The notes under the pieces were generated by a model. That model did no database searches. It saw only the letters and a list, made by a program, of their open reading frames with translations, and was not told the origin of the DNA. The position numbers were made by a program, and so were the translations under genes. This document shows, piece after piece, positions 28,953-38,502 of a stretch of 64,000 bases of DNA (position 1 is its first letter; every line of letters starts with the position of its first letter). The stretch spans positions 64,001-128,000 of the forward strand of contig CAVQJC010000020.1 of assembly GCA_963712745.1 (NCBI GenBank), in the 5' to 3' direction. Source of the DNA: an uncultured Chloroflexia bacterium (lineage in GTDB: Bacteria; Chloroflexota; Limnocylindria; Limnocylindrales; CSP1-4).

Positions 28953-30176
28953 ATGCCTGCCACCGCGATACTCGAGCGAACCTCGCGCGAGCGCAGCCCG
29001 CGCGCCCTCGTCACGGTGCTGGCATTGGTGATCCTGGCCACGGCCGGTGCAGCCTGGCCTTCGGCTAGCGAGGCTCGCGACCTGACCCCGCAGATCGTGG
29101 CCATCCGTAGGAGCCAGCTCTACTACGAGTCGGTCATGCGGGCCGCCGACCGCGATGTGCACGCCTACAAGCGCGCGCACAAGCAAGCCAAACGCAAGCT
29201 CAAGGCCGCCAAACAGCGGCTGCGCAAGGCCGCTGCGCGCCGGCGCGAGGCCGCAGCGACCCTGGCTGCGACCCGCAGCACGCTGCGGTCTGCCCGATCG
29301 GCCGTCGTAGCCTCGACGACCGAGGCCCCGCCGCCGCCCGACACCGCCACCGCCATCCTCGTGCTTCAGGCAGCCGCAGCAGAGCCCTCGACCGATGACG
29401 AGCCCGCCCTGGCGACCGACCCCCAGCTGGGCTTCCTCGCCTTCGACCCCGCCCAGCCCAGTGCAGGCGTGGCTGCGACCACCATCCGCTCGCCCTCTGC
29501 CGAGGTCACGCTCAAGGACGTCGTGCGGTTGGAGAAGAAGTTCAAGCGACAGAAACGCCAGCTGCGCTCGGTCAAGCGCCTGACGGCACGCGCTGGTCGC
29601 AACGTGCGTGCCAAAGGGAGGAACGTCTCGGCGTCCAGGGCCCGGTACCGCTACGCCATCGCCCGACGCGAGAGCGCGGAAGCGGCGCTCGGCGGGCGCA
29701 TCCTGGCCATGGCCAAGCTGGCCCAGCGGCGGGCGGTCAAGCAGGCCCGCTTCAAGAAGATCAGGACGTCCGGGTTCGTGTGGCCGGCTCGTGGCCGCAT
29801 CAGCCAGTCCTACGGCTGCACCGGCTACCCGCTCAACCCCGCGCGGGGCGGCTGCCGCCACTTCCACGACGGGCTCGACATCGTCTCGTACCGTGGAGCG
29901 CCCATCCGCGCATCCGCCATGGGGGTGGTCTCCTACATCGGTTGGAACCCCTGGGACCAGCACGGACGGGCCTTCATGATCGTGGTCGCCCACGCCAATG
30001 GCCTGGAGACGCTCTACGGCCACGTCCTGCCCACCCGCCGCGTCCGTGTCGGCGAGCTCGTGCGACAGGGCCACGTCATCGGCTACATGGGCAGCACCGG
30101 ACGCAGCACCGGCGTCCACCTCCACTTCGAGTTGCGCCGGGGACGTTCCACCATCAACCCGCTGGGGCATCTCTAG
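28953..30176 (+). CDS. M23 metallopeptidase with Arg/Lys-rich coiled coil
   Basis: Signal/TM segment, HDGLD (HxxxD), [14 protein letters not shown]. Confidence 0.88.
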   Translation: MPATAILERTSRERSPRALVTVLALVILATAGAAWPSASEARDLTPQIVAIRRSQLYYESVMRAADRDVHAYKRAHKQAKRKLKAAKQRLRKAAARRREAAATLAATRSTLRSARSAVVASTTEAPPPPDTATAILVLQAAAAEPSTDDEPALATDPQLGFLAFDPAQPSAGVAATTIRSPSAEVTLKDVVRLEKKFKRQKRQLRSVKRLTARAGRNVRAKGRNVSASRARYRYAIARRESAEAALGGRILAMAKLAQRRAVKQARFKKIRTSGFVWPARGRISQSYGCTGYPLNPARGGCRHFHDGLDIVSYRGAPIRASAMGVVSYIGWNPWDQHGRAFMIVVAHANGLETLYGHVLPTRRVRVGELVRQGHVIGYMGSTGRSTGVHLHFELRRGRSTINPLGHL

Positions 30177-30269
30177 ACGCACGCGAAGCGCGCTCGGCAG
30201 GGCGCCCGATGGTACCCCGGGGGTCCCCCCGACAGGTGGTGCCGTCCAGCACCGCCGCTGCCCAGCATC

Positions 30270-31340
30270 GTGTCCATGTTCCGAGCACGCCGCGCCCTCT
30301 CGCCCGTCGACCTCGCGTGGCGACTGCTGGCCCCGCTGCTGGTGGCGTCGCTGGCGCTCTCGACGGCCGCCGTGGAGCCGGCTCCGGTCGCGGCCGGTAG
30401 CTCCGGCAGCATCGCCACGCTCCGGCAGCGTCAGGTGCAAGCCGAGACAGCCATGCGACGCGCCGACAAGCAGATCGAGCGTCTCCTGGAGCAGCGCCGG
30501 AAGGGGCCCAAGCTGATCAAGGCCTCGAAGCGCAGGCTGCGCGCGGCCGTGCAGCAGCGAGATGCGATCGGTCAGAAGGCAGACAAGGCCCACGCGCGCC
30601 TCGACCGGCTCACGGTCGAGCTGGGCAGGTCCACGCGGGTGCGTCCCGACCCTCGCGGCAAGCAGGTGGTGGACAAGCCGGCGCTGCGCAAGCGCGTGCG
30701 CAAGGCGAAGGCCAAGGTTGCGGTGCTCGACCGCAGGGTGCAGCGCGCCGAGCGTCGCACCTCCCAGATGCGCAAGCTCAAGCGGCTCTACACCCACAAG
30801 GTCACCAAGGTCCGTATCCGTGCACGGCGGCTCGAGCGTGAGCGGGCGGAGCAGAAGCTCGGGGCTGCCATCGAGCGGATGACGGCGCTGGCCAAGGGCC
30901 GGGCTGACAACGCGCACATCGCGAGCGCCAGGGGGTTCCGCAAGCCGGTGGCCGGCAAGATCTCGCAGCCGTACGGCTGCACCGGATACCACACCAACGG
31001 TCGACGCGGCTCGTGTCGCTACTTCCACGACGGCGTGGACATCGCTGCCAGGCGAGGAACCAGGATCCGCGCCTCAGCCGACGGGTACGTGGCCTATGCG
31101 GGGTTCAGCCCCTGGGATGCCGGCGCGCGTGCCTTCGTGGTCATCATCGGCCACGCTCGGGGCTACTCGACGGTCTACGCTCACCTCCAGCCGACGAGGA
31201 TGGTGCGGACTGGTCAGCGCGTGGAGCGGGGTGACGTGATCGGCGCCATCGGTCTCACCGGTCTCACCAGCGGCCCCCATGTCCACTGGGAGGCCCACCG
31301 CGGCTCGAGGACGGTGGACCCTCGACGGGCTGGGCGCTGA
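30270..31340 (+). CDS. M23 metallopeptidase with Arg/Lys-rich coiled coil
   Basis: Signal peptide, HDGVD, TVYAH, SGPHVHWE. Confidence 0.88.
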   Translation: MSMFRARRALSPVDLAWRLLAPLLVASLALSTAAVEPAPVAAGSSGSIATLRQRQVQAETAMRRADKQIERLLEQRRKGPKLIKASKRRLRAAVQQRDAIGQKADKAHARLDRLTVELGRSTRVRPDPRGKQVVDKPALRKRVRKAKAKVAVLDRRVQRAERRTSQMRKLKRLYTHKVTKVRIRARRLERERAEQKLGAAIERMTALAKGRADNAHIASARGFRKPVAGKISQPYGCTGYHTNGRRGSCRYFHDGVDIAARRGTRIRASADGYVAYAGFSPWDAGARAFVVIIGHARGYSTVYAHLQPTRMVRTGQRVERGDVIGAIGLTGLTSGPHVHWEAHRGSRTVDPRRAGR

Positions 31341-31358
31341 CCGAGCGTCCGCCTCGAG

Positions 31359-32726
31359 CTAGGGCAGGTAGGCGTAGGGGTTCACCGGCGTCCAGTCGCC
31401 GGACCACACCTCGAAGTGGAGATGGCTGCCGAAGCTCCGGCCGGTGTTGCCCATGCTACCGATGCGCTGGCCCTTCCTGACCGACTGTCCGGAACTGACG
31501 GGGTAGGTCGGCAGCATATGCGCGTACAGGGTCGAGAGGCCTCCGCCGTGGGCGATGACCACGATGAAGGCGGGGCTGTACTCGTACGGGTTCCAGCCGA
31601 TGAAGGCGACCACCCCATCCGCGGCCGCGTAGATAGGTGTGCCCGAGCTGTTGGCGATGTCGATGCCGTCGTGGAAGTGAGGGCAGCTGCCGCGCGCCGG
31701 TTCATAGCCGGAGCCGGTGCAGCCGTAGCCCTGGGTGATGGCGCCACGGGTGGGCCAGTCGAAGCGACCGCTGCCGCCGGTGGGCGCGACACCACCGAAC
31801 TGGGCGCTGGCCCGAGCCTGCATGGCCGCGACCTTGTTACGGATGCTGCTCATGAGCTTGGACCGCGCGGCCTGCTGCTTCTTGACGATGGCCAGCGCCT
31901 GCTTCTTGTTGGCCGCGATGCGGGCGATGGCGGCCTTCTGTGCGTCGCGCGCCTTCTCGGTCCTCTTCTCGAGCTGCTTGAGGCGGCGCTCGGCCTGGTG
32001 CAGTTGCTGCTTGAGCTCCCTCACCTTCTCCCAGGTCTCGAGCGTCTCGCGCCGCAGCTGGTCGGTGCGCAGGCGCGTGGATGTGGTCAGCAGTCGCAGC
32101 GAGTCCAGCGCCTGCTGGTCCTGGGTGATCTGCTGCGCGAGCTGCGCGTCCTGCTCGCCGTAGGCCAGGTAGGCCGAGGTGTCGGTGAGCACATCGGAGA
32201 ACGACTCGGCTGTGAAGACCTGCTCGATGAGGGTGGTGTTCTCCGCCCGATAGGCTTCGGCCAGCCGCAGCCCCAGCGCTTCGCGGCGGGCCTTCAGGTC
32301 GGCCTCACCGTTGGCCAGCTCCTGCTCCAGGAGCCCCAGCGTGTAGTCGGTCTGCCGCTGCTCCTCGACGAGCTCGGTGTGGCGGTCCTTGATCCGGTCG
32401 AGCCGGGCGCGCACCTTCTTGATCCGAGCCCGCACCGCGTCCTGGTCGGCACGGATGTCTTTGAGCTTGTCGATCGTCTGGGCCAGGTCCGTGCGAGTGT
32501 CCTGCTCGTCCGCCTTGAGCTGCTCGACCAGCTTCTGGGACTTGCTGATGGAACGGGTAAGAGACGCCTGTCGCTTCTTGGCGGCGGCGATCTGGTCCTT
32601 GAGGCTGGCAGCCTCGGTTGCGGGTGCTGGCATGGCCGGCACCGCGAGGACAACGGCGAAGAGGAGCACGAACAGGCGAAGCCAAGGCACGGCGGCTCCG
32701 TGTGCTCGCGCATTCACGCTAGACAC
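31359..32726 (-). CDS. M23 metallopeptidase with long coiled coil (EnvC/CwlO-like architecture)
   Basis: Signal peptide, heptad-rich region, HDGID, TLYAH, GSHLHFE. Confidence 0.9.
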   Translation of the reverse strand: MSSVNARAHGAAVPWLRLFVLLFAVVLAVPAMPAPATEAASLKDQIAAAKKRQASLTRSISKSQKLVEQLKADEQDTRTDLAQTIDKLKDIRADQDAVRARIKKVRARLDRIKDRHTELVEEQRQTDYTLGLLEQELANGEADLKARREALGLRLAEAYRAENTTLIEQVFTAESFSDVLTDTSAYLAYGEQDAQLAQQITQDQQALDSLRLLTTSTRLRTDQLRRETLETWEKVRELKQQLHQAERRLKQLEKRTEKARDAQKAAIARIAANKKQALAIVKKQQAARSKLMSSIRNKVAAMQARASAQFGGVAPTGGSGRFDWPTRGAITQGYGCTGSGYEPARGSCPHFHDGIDIANSSGTPIYAAADGVVAFIGWNPYEYSPAFIVVIAHGGGLSTLYAHMLPTYPVSSGQSVRKGQRIGSMGNTGRSFGSHLHFEVWSGDWTPVNPYAYLP

Positions 32727-32970
32727 GTCTGGCTATGTAACTCCCACTGCTGCCGTACGCAGCACCCCGGGCACGGGGGATGACCGAACACGGCACTCGG
32801 TCGCTGTGACCCATGCTACTCCTCCATGACAGGCCCCGCAAACGCTTGCCGCGCTCGTTCGCGGCTAGTACGTTCGAGCCGGTGCGCCCGGACACCACGC
32901 CGGGCACCATCGATGGCATGCATATCGGTGAGCCGCGTGGCTGCCTGCACTCGGCCCGACGGGTTCGACC

Positions 32971-33624
32971 ATGACGGCCATCGTCATGGTCGCCGCCGTC
33001 ATCGGCGGCCTATTCGGGCTGGGCGCCGATCGCCTAGCCGCCCGCTGGCCGGTGCACGTCGATGGCGCCGTGCGCGGCGTCGACTGGCGCACTCCGGCGG
33101 TCGTGCTCGGAGGCGCGGCCTCCTTCGGGCTGCTCCTCGCGCGCTGGTCCGATCCGATCGACATCGTCGTGCTGGGCCTGTACATCGCCGCGCTCATCGT
33201 GCTCCTCGCGACCGACCTCGATCAGCGGCTGCTGCCCGACCTCATCACGCTGCCGCTCATCGTGTACGGCGCGGTGGTCATGCTGCTCGGGCTTAACCCG
33301 GTCCTGGCCGGCAAATCGCAGATACTCATCGCCGACGGCGACCTCACCGCGCTTGCGGCGGCGCTGCTGGCTCCCGCCCTGCTGGCACTGACCGACCGCA
33401 TCTTCAAGGGCGCCCTGGGCATGGGCGACCTCAAGCTGGCCGTGAGCCTGGGCCTGATGTACGGCCTCTCCCAGCTATTCGTGGGCTTCCTCTTCGGCAC
33501 GGTCGCTTTCGCGGCCATCGTGCTCGTGCTGGTCCTGACACGCAGGCTGACGATGAAGACAGCCATCCCCTTCGGACCCGCCCTCATCGCGGCCGGCGTC
33601 TTCGCTTCCGTCGTCGGGGTCTGA
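32971..33624 (+). CDS. Prepilin peptidase (A24 family)
   Basis: TDL..RLLPD, GMGDLKL, IPFGPAL. Confidence 0.88.
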   Translation: MTAIVMVAAVIGGLFGLGADRLAARWPVHVDGAVRGVDWRTPAVVLGGAASFGLLLARWSDPIDIVVLGLYIAALIVLLATDLDQRLLPDLITLPLIVYGAVVMLLGLNPVLAGKSQILIADGDLTALAAALLAPALLALTDRIFKGALGMGDLKLAVSLGLMYGLSQLFVGFLFGTVAFAAIVLVLVLTRRLTMKTAIPFGPALIAAGVFASVVGV

Positions 33625-33692
33625 CGCACACGACAGACGGTTGCGGTCCCTCCTGGCCCCCGGGCCGAGGGCAGATCCGCGGGGCCGAGTGC

Positions 33693-35219
33693 CTATCCAC
33701 CTTGGGAGGGCGGCGCCGCGGTGTCCGCCACCGCGAGTTCGACGAGCGTCGCGTGCATGACGCCGGTGGAGCCCTTGGTGGAGAACGCGTCCGTCTTGCT
33801 CAGGTAGGCCGTGCCCGCTATGTCGAGATGCGCCCAGGGCAGGGTCACGAACTCCCTCAGGAACAGCGCCGCGGTGATGGCACCGCCCTCCGCCGATCCG
33901 ACGTTGGACATGTCGGCGAACGGTGAGTCGAGGTCCTTGCGCAGATCATCGATGAGGGGCATGCGCCACAGGGGCTCACCCTGGCGCGCGGCGGCGGCGG
34001 CCACTTCCGACCACCACCCGTCGTCGCTGCCGAAACCGCCGGTCACGTATCGGCCGAGCGCGCGGGACATGGCGCCCGTAAGCGTGGCCACGTCGACGAT
34101 GTGAGTGGCGCCCTGGCGCTCGGCCCAGGTCAGCGCATCACCCAGGATCAGGCGGCCCTCGGCATCGGTGTTGTTGATCTCGACGGTCTTGCCGTTCATG
34201 GCGCGCACGACGTCGCCGGGACGCGTCGAGTGCGGGCCGGGCATGTTCTCGACAGCCGGCGCCACCGCCAGCATGGGCACGTCAGGTGCCAGCTGGACGG
34301 CCGTGGCGATGGCGTTCAGGACCGTGCAGGCGCCGGTCTTGTCCGTCTTCATCTCGCCCATGTGGGGCGACGGCTTGAGGCTGATGCCGCCGGTGTCGAA
34401 GGTGACGCCTTTGCCTACCATGGCCAGCAGGCGTCCGCGCCCGTCGCGCTCGAGCTCCGGCTTGCTGCGCAGGGCGATGAATCTGGGAGGGTTGTCCGAG
34501 CCGCGCCCCACGGCCAGGAACATGCCCATGCCCAAGCGCTCGGCCTCCTCGGGCCCGAAGACCGTCAGTTCGAGGCCGTACGCCTTGGCCAGGTCGGCGG
34601 CCTCATCGGCCAGGACCGCGGGCGAGACGTCGTTGGCAGCCCGTTGCGCCAGGCGGCGAGTGCGGTTGCCGCCCTCACCGATGATGCGACCGCGCTCGGC
34701 GCCGGCCAGCAGGACCGCGGGCTGGCCCGACTCCACCACCAATGTGACATCGTCGAGTTCGGGCACCAGGTCGTCGGCCCGCTCGTTGTAGATGGCGGAC
34801 GGCTCGGCCGCACCTTCGACCAGCCCGCGGGTGGCCAGCTCGACCACGACCTCGAGCGTGTCGCTGCCCGAGACCAGCTGGTCGGGCAGGTGCAGCGCCA
34901 GCGTGGAGACCTGGAGGCCGGCCAGGCGGCGCACGATGACCGACCCCAGGCGACGGGCCCCGAGCCGGTCGATGGCGCGGCCGTCGCCGATGCCCACCGT
35001 GAGCACGAAGCGCACTCCGAGCTCGCGGGCCGGCAGCAGCCTCGCTTCCCAGAGCTTGCCCTTCATGGCCCCGACGGCCCGCAGCTCGGTGATGGCGCCG
35101 CCGAGCCGGCGATCGACCTCGGCGAGGTACTCGGGCAGCTCGTCGGTGGCAGGCACCGTCACGGCCAGGACGTCGGCTTCGACATCCCAGGGCTGGCGGC
35201 GTTCGACGTTCAGGCGCAT
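33693..35219 (-). CDS. pepA: Leucyl aminopeptidase (M17)
   Basis: VGKGVTFDTGG, NTDAEGRL, ATLTG, HLDIAG. Confidence 0.93.
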   Translation of the reverse strand: MRLNVERRQPWDVEADVLAVTVPATDELPEYLAEVDRRLGGAITELRAVGAMKGKLWEARLLPARELGVRFVLTVGIGDGRAIDRLGARRLGSVIVRRLAGLQVSTLALHLPDQLVSGSDTLEVVVELATRGLVEGAAEPSAIYNERADDLVPELDDVTLVVESGQPAVLLAGAERGRIIGEGGNRTRRLAQRAANDVSPAVLADEAADLAKAYGLELTVFGPEEAERLGMGMFLAVGRGSDNPPRFIALRSKPELERDGRGRLLAMVGKGVTFDTGGISLKPSPHMGEMKTDKTGACTVLNAIATAVQLAPDVPMLAVAPAVENMPGPHSTRPGDVVRAMNGKTVEINNTDAEGRLILGDALTWAERQGATHIVDVATLTGAMSRALGRYVTGGFGSDDGWWSEVAAAAARQGEPLWRMPLIDDLRKDLDSPFADMSNVGSAEGGAITAALFLREFVTLPWAHLDIAGTAYLSKTDAFSTKGSTGVMHATLVELAVADTAAPPSQGG

Positions 35220-35410
35220 CGCGTGGTCGTCCTCTTTCGTGCGTTCACTGGCCGCTGAAGGCCAATGGTCGGTCGGCGTCGGGGGCAGTCCTCCGAGTCT
35301 ATCGCGTCGCCCGGCCCGGACCATCCGCCACACCTCCCACCTGCCTCGGGCCGGCGGTCACCTTCTGGCGAGGGCGTTCCTGTCGGTCCGCGGGTGGCTA
35401 GCATGGGGGG

Positions 35411-36490
35411 ATGGCGACCCGATCGATGGACCTGCATGCCTGGTTGACGTCGATGCCCAAGGCAGAGCTGCATCTCCACCTGGATGGATCGCTCCGGCCC
35501 GCCTCGGCGCTGGAGCTGGCCGGACAGCGCGACCACGGCCTGCCGGACATGCCGCTCGACGTGGACGCCATGCGAGACCGCCTGGTGGCTCCCGAGCGCT
35601 GCGCCGACCAGGCGGAGCTGCTGCGTGCCTTCGACCTGCCCATCGCGCTGCTGCAGGACGCGCAGGCACTCGAACGCGTGGCTGCCGAGCTGGTCGAGGA
35701 CGTGGCCGGGGAGGGCACGGCCTATGCCGAGATCCGCTGGGCTCCGTCGCTACACCTCGAGCGCGGGATGAGCCTGGCCGACGGCATCGCGGCGGTCGTT
35801 CGTGGCGCTCGGAGCGCGGCCCAGCGGGCCGCCATCGAGGTGCGCCTCATCACGGTGGCCCTGCGCACGCACGATGCAGACACCGCGCGGCGCGTGGCGG
35901 AGGCCTCGCTCGACTTCCTGGGTGAGGGCCTGACCGGCTTCGACATCGCCGGCATCGAGCGGGACGCGCCCGACCCGCGGGTCTTCAGCGAGGCCATCGC
36001 GGTGGCGCGGCAGGGAGGCCTGGGCATCACTTGCCACGCCGGCGAGTGGGGCGGTGCGGCTCAGGTGTGGCGAGCCCTCGAGGTCGATCCCTGGCGCATC
36101 GCCCACGGCGCCCCGGCGGCCGACGACCGAGCGCTGATGACCGAGCTGACCGAACGGGGCGTCACGCTGGACATCTGCCCCACCAGCAACCGCCAGGCCG
36201 GCATCGGCACCGATGACCGGCACGCTCCCCTGCCCCGGCTCATCCGCGCCGGCGTGCCGGTCACCATCAACACCGACGACCGCACCGTCTCCGACTTGTC
36301 GCTCGTCCGCGAGCTCGAGGGAGCCGTGCTCCAGCTGGGCGTGACACCCGGCGAGGTCGTGCGCACCATGCGACAGGCCTACGCTTCCGCGTTCCTGCAC
36401 CATGACGAGGAACTGCGGGCCCAGCTGCAACAGGCCCTCGACGCCTGGCTGGCAGCGCACCCGGCCCCGGCCGCGCCAGCCGCGCCATAG
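35411..36490 (+). CDS. add: Adenosine deaminase
   Basis: PKAELHLHLDG, HAGE, RIAHG, CPTSN, INTDD. Confidence 0.92.
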   Translation: MATRSMDLHAWLTSMPKAELHLHLDGSLRPASALELAGQRDHGLPDMPLDVDAMRDRLVAPERCADQAELLRAFDLPIALLQDAQALERVAAELVEDVAGEGTAYAEIRWAPSLHLERGMSLADGIAAVVRGARSAAQRAAIEVRLITVALRTHDADTARRVAEASLDFLGEGLTGFDIAGIERDAPDPRVFSEAIAVARQGGLGITCHAGEWGGAAQVWRALEVDPWRIAHGAPAADDRALMTELTERGVTLDICPTSNRQAGIGTDDRHAPLPRLIRAGVPVTINTDDRTVSDLSLVRELEGAVLQLGVTPGEVVRTMRQAYASAFLHHDEELRAQLQQALDAWLAAHPAPAAPAAP

Positions 36491-36506
36491 GTGACACGTC
36501 GTGCGC

Positions 36507-37322
36507 TCAGCCCTGGGTGGCCGCCAGCTGGTCGAGTACATGCCCAAGATCCTGTGGGCCAGTGGCGATCGCCGTCGGGCGTCCGTCGGGGGGCAGCGCC
36601 TCAGCCTGCTCGGCCGTAGTCACGCCCGTGAGCACGAGCACGCTGCGGGCACCCACTGCCCGGGCTGCAGCGATGTCGGTGACCAGCCCATCGCCGATGA
36701 CCACCGCCTCCTCCACGCGCATACCCACCACCGCGGCCGCCTCACGCATGAGCCCGGGCTCGGGTTTGCCGATGACCAGGTCCGGCTCCCGCCCACTGGC
36801 CGTCACTATGGCCTGGATCATCGAGCCTGCGCCGGCCTTGAGACCGTCGGGCATGGGGAAGACGGGATCGAGGTTGGTGGCGGCGAAGAACGCGCCTTCG
36901 CGAACGGCTGCAGCCGCGGCCGAGAGCCGATCGAACGAGAGGTCGAAGTCGACCCCGCAGGCGACTGCATCGGGCTGCCGTGCCAGGCCGGTGTACGAGC
37001 ACTCGACGGTGGCCAGCCCGACGTCGTCGAGCTCGCGCTGGAGCCCGCGGCCACCGAAGACCATCGTCAGCCGCGGTGGGCTGGCCATGGCGGCCAGGGC
37101 CAGGGCGGTGCCGCGGGCCGAGGTCAGGATGCGCTCCGGGGCGGCCGGGGCGCCCATGTCCGCGAGCCGGGCCTGGTACTCGCTGCGGTGCCAGCGCGAG
37201 TTGTTGGTGACATAGACGATGATGTCGCCGTCTGCCTCGCGCTGCGACAGCAGCTCGGGCATGCCGGGGATCTTCTCCGTACCCCGGTACACGACACCGT
37301 CAAGATCGACAAGAAGGAGCAT
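36507..37322 (-). CDS. HAD-IIA phosphatase (NagD-like)
   Basis: DLDGV, TNNS, GKP, IGD.L.TDI, VLTGV. Confidence 0.92.
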   Translation of the reverse strand: MLLLVDLDGVVYRGTEKIPGMPELLSQREADGDIIVYVTNNSRWHRSEYQARLADMGAPAAPERILTSARGTALALAAMASPPRLTMVFGGRGLQRELDDVGLATVECSYTGLARQPDAVACGVDFDLSFDRLSAAAAAVREGAFFAATNLDPVFPMPDGLKAGAGSMIQAIVTASGREPDLVIGKPEPGLMREAAAVVGMRVEEAVVIGDGLVTDIAAARAVGARSVLVLTGVTTAEQAEALPPDGRPTAIATGPQDLGHVLDQLAATQG

Positions 37323-37368
37323 GCCCCGATGGTAGCCGCCGGGACCGGCCGCGGTTGAAGGAGCTCAA

Positions 37369-37971
37369 GTGACCCGACCCGATGGCGTCGAGGAGTTCGA
37401 CCTGCTCCTCATCGACGGCGACAATCTGCTCCACGACGTGCGTGGCAGCCGCGATGAGGGCGGCGTGGCCTGGCTGCTCCCGCGCCTCTCGGGCTGGCGC
37501 CCGAAGCATCTGCGCATCATCGTCGGTCTCGATGGTCACGCGGCACCGGGCGAAGCCAGCCGCAACCGGGCCACGCGCGGCATCGAGTTCCACCACTCGG
37601 GCTCGCGCAGCGCCGACGACCTGCTCGTCAGCATCCTGCGGTCACAGCCCTATGCCGGTCGCAGCCGGACCATCGTCGTCACCCGCGACCGCGGCCTGCA
37701 GGCCCGCGCCAACCGCACCGGGGGCGTGACGCGCTCGGTCGATTGGCTCATGGCCCAGGTGGCCGGGACCGGGCGACGGTCGGTCCACCGCGGCAGGGGC
37801 GGCAGCGGAACCAAGCCCATCGGCATCGGCCAGGGCAAGCCACCGCCAAAACGCCATTTCGACGCGCCCGACCCCGCAGAAGCGGAACAGGAGGGCTGGG
37901 GGCCGGGACGCGGAGCGACGAAGAAGAAGGGCAACCCCAAGCGCGCCCCGAAACAATCACGCCGGCGCTAG
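37369..37971 (+). CDS. NYN/PIN-like (YacP-like) nuclease-domain protein
   Basis: LIDGDN, SADD, VVTRD acidic motifs; basic tail. Confidence 0.65.
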   Translation: MTRPDGVEEFDLLLIDGDNLLHDVRGSRDEGGVAWLLPRLSGWRPKHLRIIVGLDGHAAPGEASRNRATRGIEFHHSGSRSADDLLVSILRSQPYAGRSRTIVVTRDRGLQARANRTGGVTRSVDWLMAQVAGTGRRSVHRGRGGSGTKPIGIGQGKPPPKRHFDAPDPAEAEQEGWGPGRGATKKKGNPKRAPKQSRRR

Positions 37972-37980
37972 TATCTCGCC

Positions 37981-38457
37981 ATGGCGACCGACCCCTGGAC
38001 CTCGTTCCTGGACTGGCTTACCACCGTGCTCGTGCCCGCCTGGGGCGAGCTCATCGGCCTGCTGCCCTACGTGCTGACCGCCACCATCGCGGGCCCCATC
38101 GTGACCATCATCGTGCTCATGTGGGGCTGGTATCTGCTCAAACGCCGGCGCGGCAAGGTGCGGCGGGGCGAAGCACAGGCCGTGCCCGCGCCGGTGGACG
38201 CTGAGGGCAGCCCGGTCTTCCCACCGAATGTGCCCTACTGCGAGGACCACGCGCTCATCTATCCCCCGCGCGCCAAGGCCTGCGCCATGAACGGCGACCC
38301 GTTGAGCGTGGCCTGCCCCGTCGACGGCACGGTGCGCAGTGCGGAGATCGACACCTGCTCCGCCTGCGGCACGAAGTACAAGCTGGGAGCCAAGACGAGC
38401 TCATCGGTCATCCTCTCGTCGGACGGACCGCCGGAGGGTGGCGCCGCCATCGCCTAG
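37981..38457 (+). CDS. Hypothetical membrane-anchored protein with Cys-rich zinc-ribbon-like domain
   Basis: N-terminal TM segment; CEDH, C, CPVD, CSAC. Confidence 0.7.
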   Translation: MATDPWTSFLDWLTTVLVPAWGELIGLLPYVLTATIAGPIVTIIVLMWGWYLLKRRRGKVRRGEAQAVPAPVDAEGSPVFPPNVPYCEDHALIYPPRAKACAMNGDPLSVACPVDGTVRSAEIDTCSACGTKYKLGAKTSSSVILSSDGPPEGGAAIA

Positions 38458-38502
38458 GCGGCTCTACCCGGCGCTGGACATGGATCATCGGTAACGGCTG
38501 AC

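Noticed and set aside
28932-31028. 698-aa minus-strand ORF and similar long antisense ORFs (49018-51213, 54296-56206, 43323-44789)
   Set aside because: Shadows of well-supported genes on the opposite strand; long stop-free frames are expected at high GC and show no motifs
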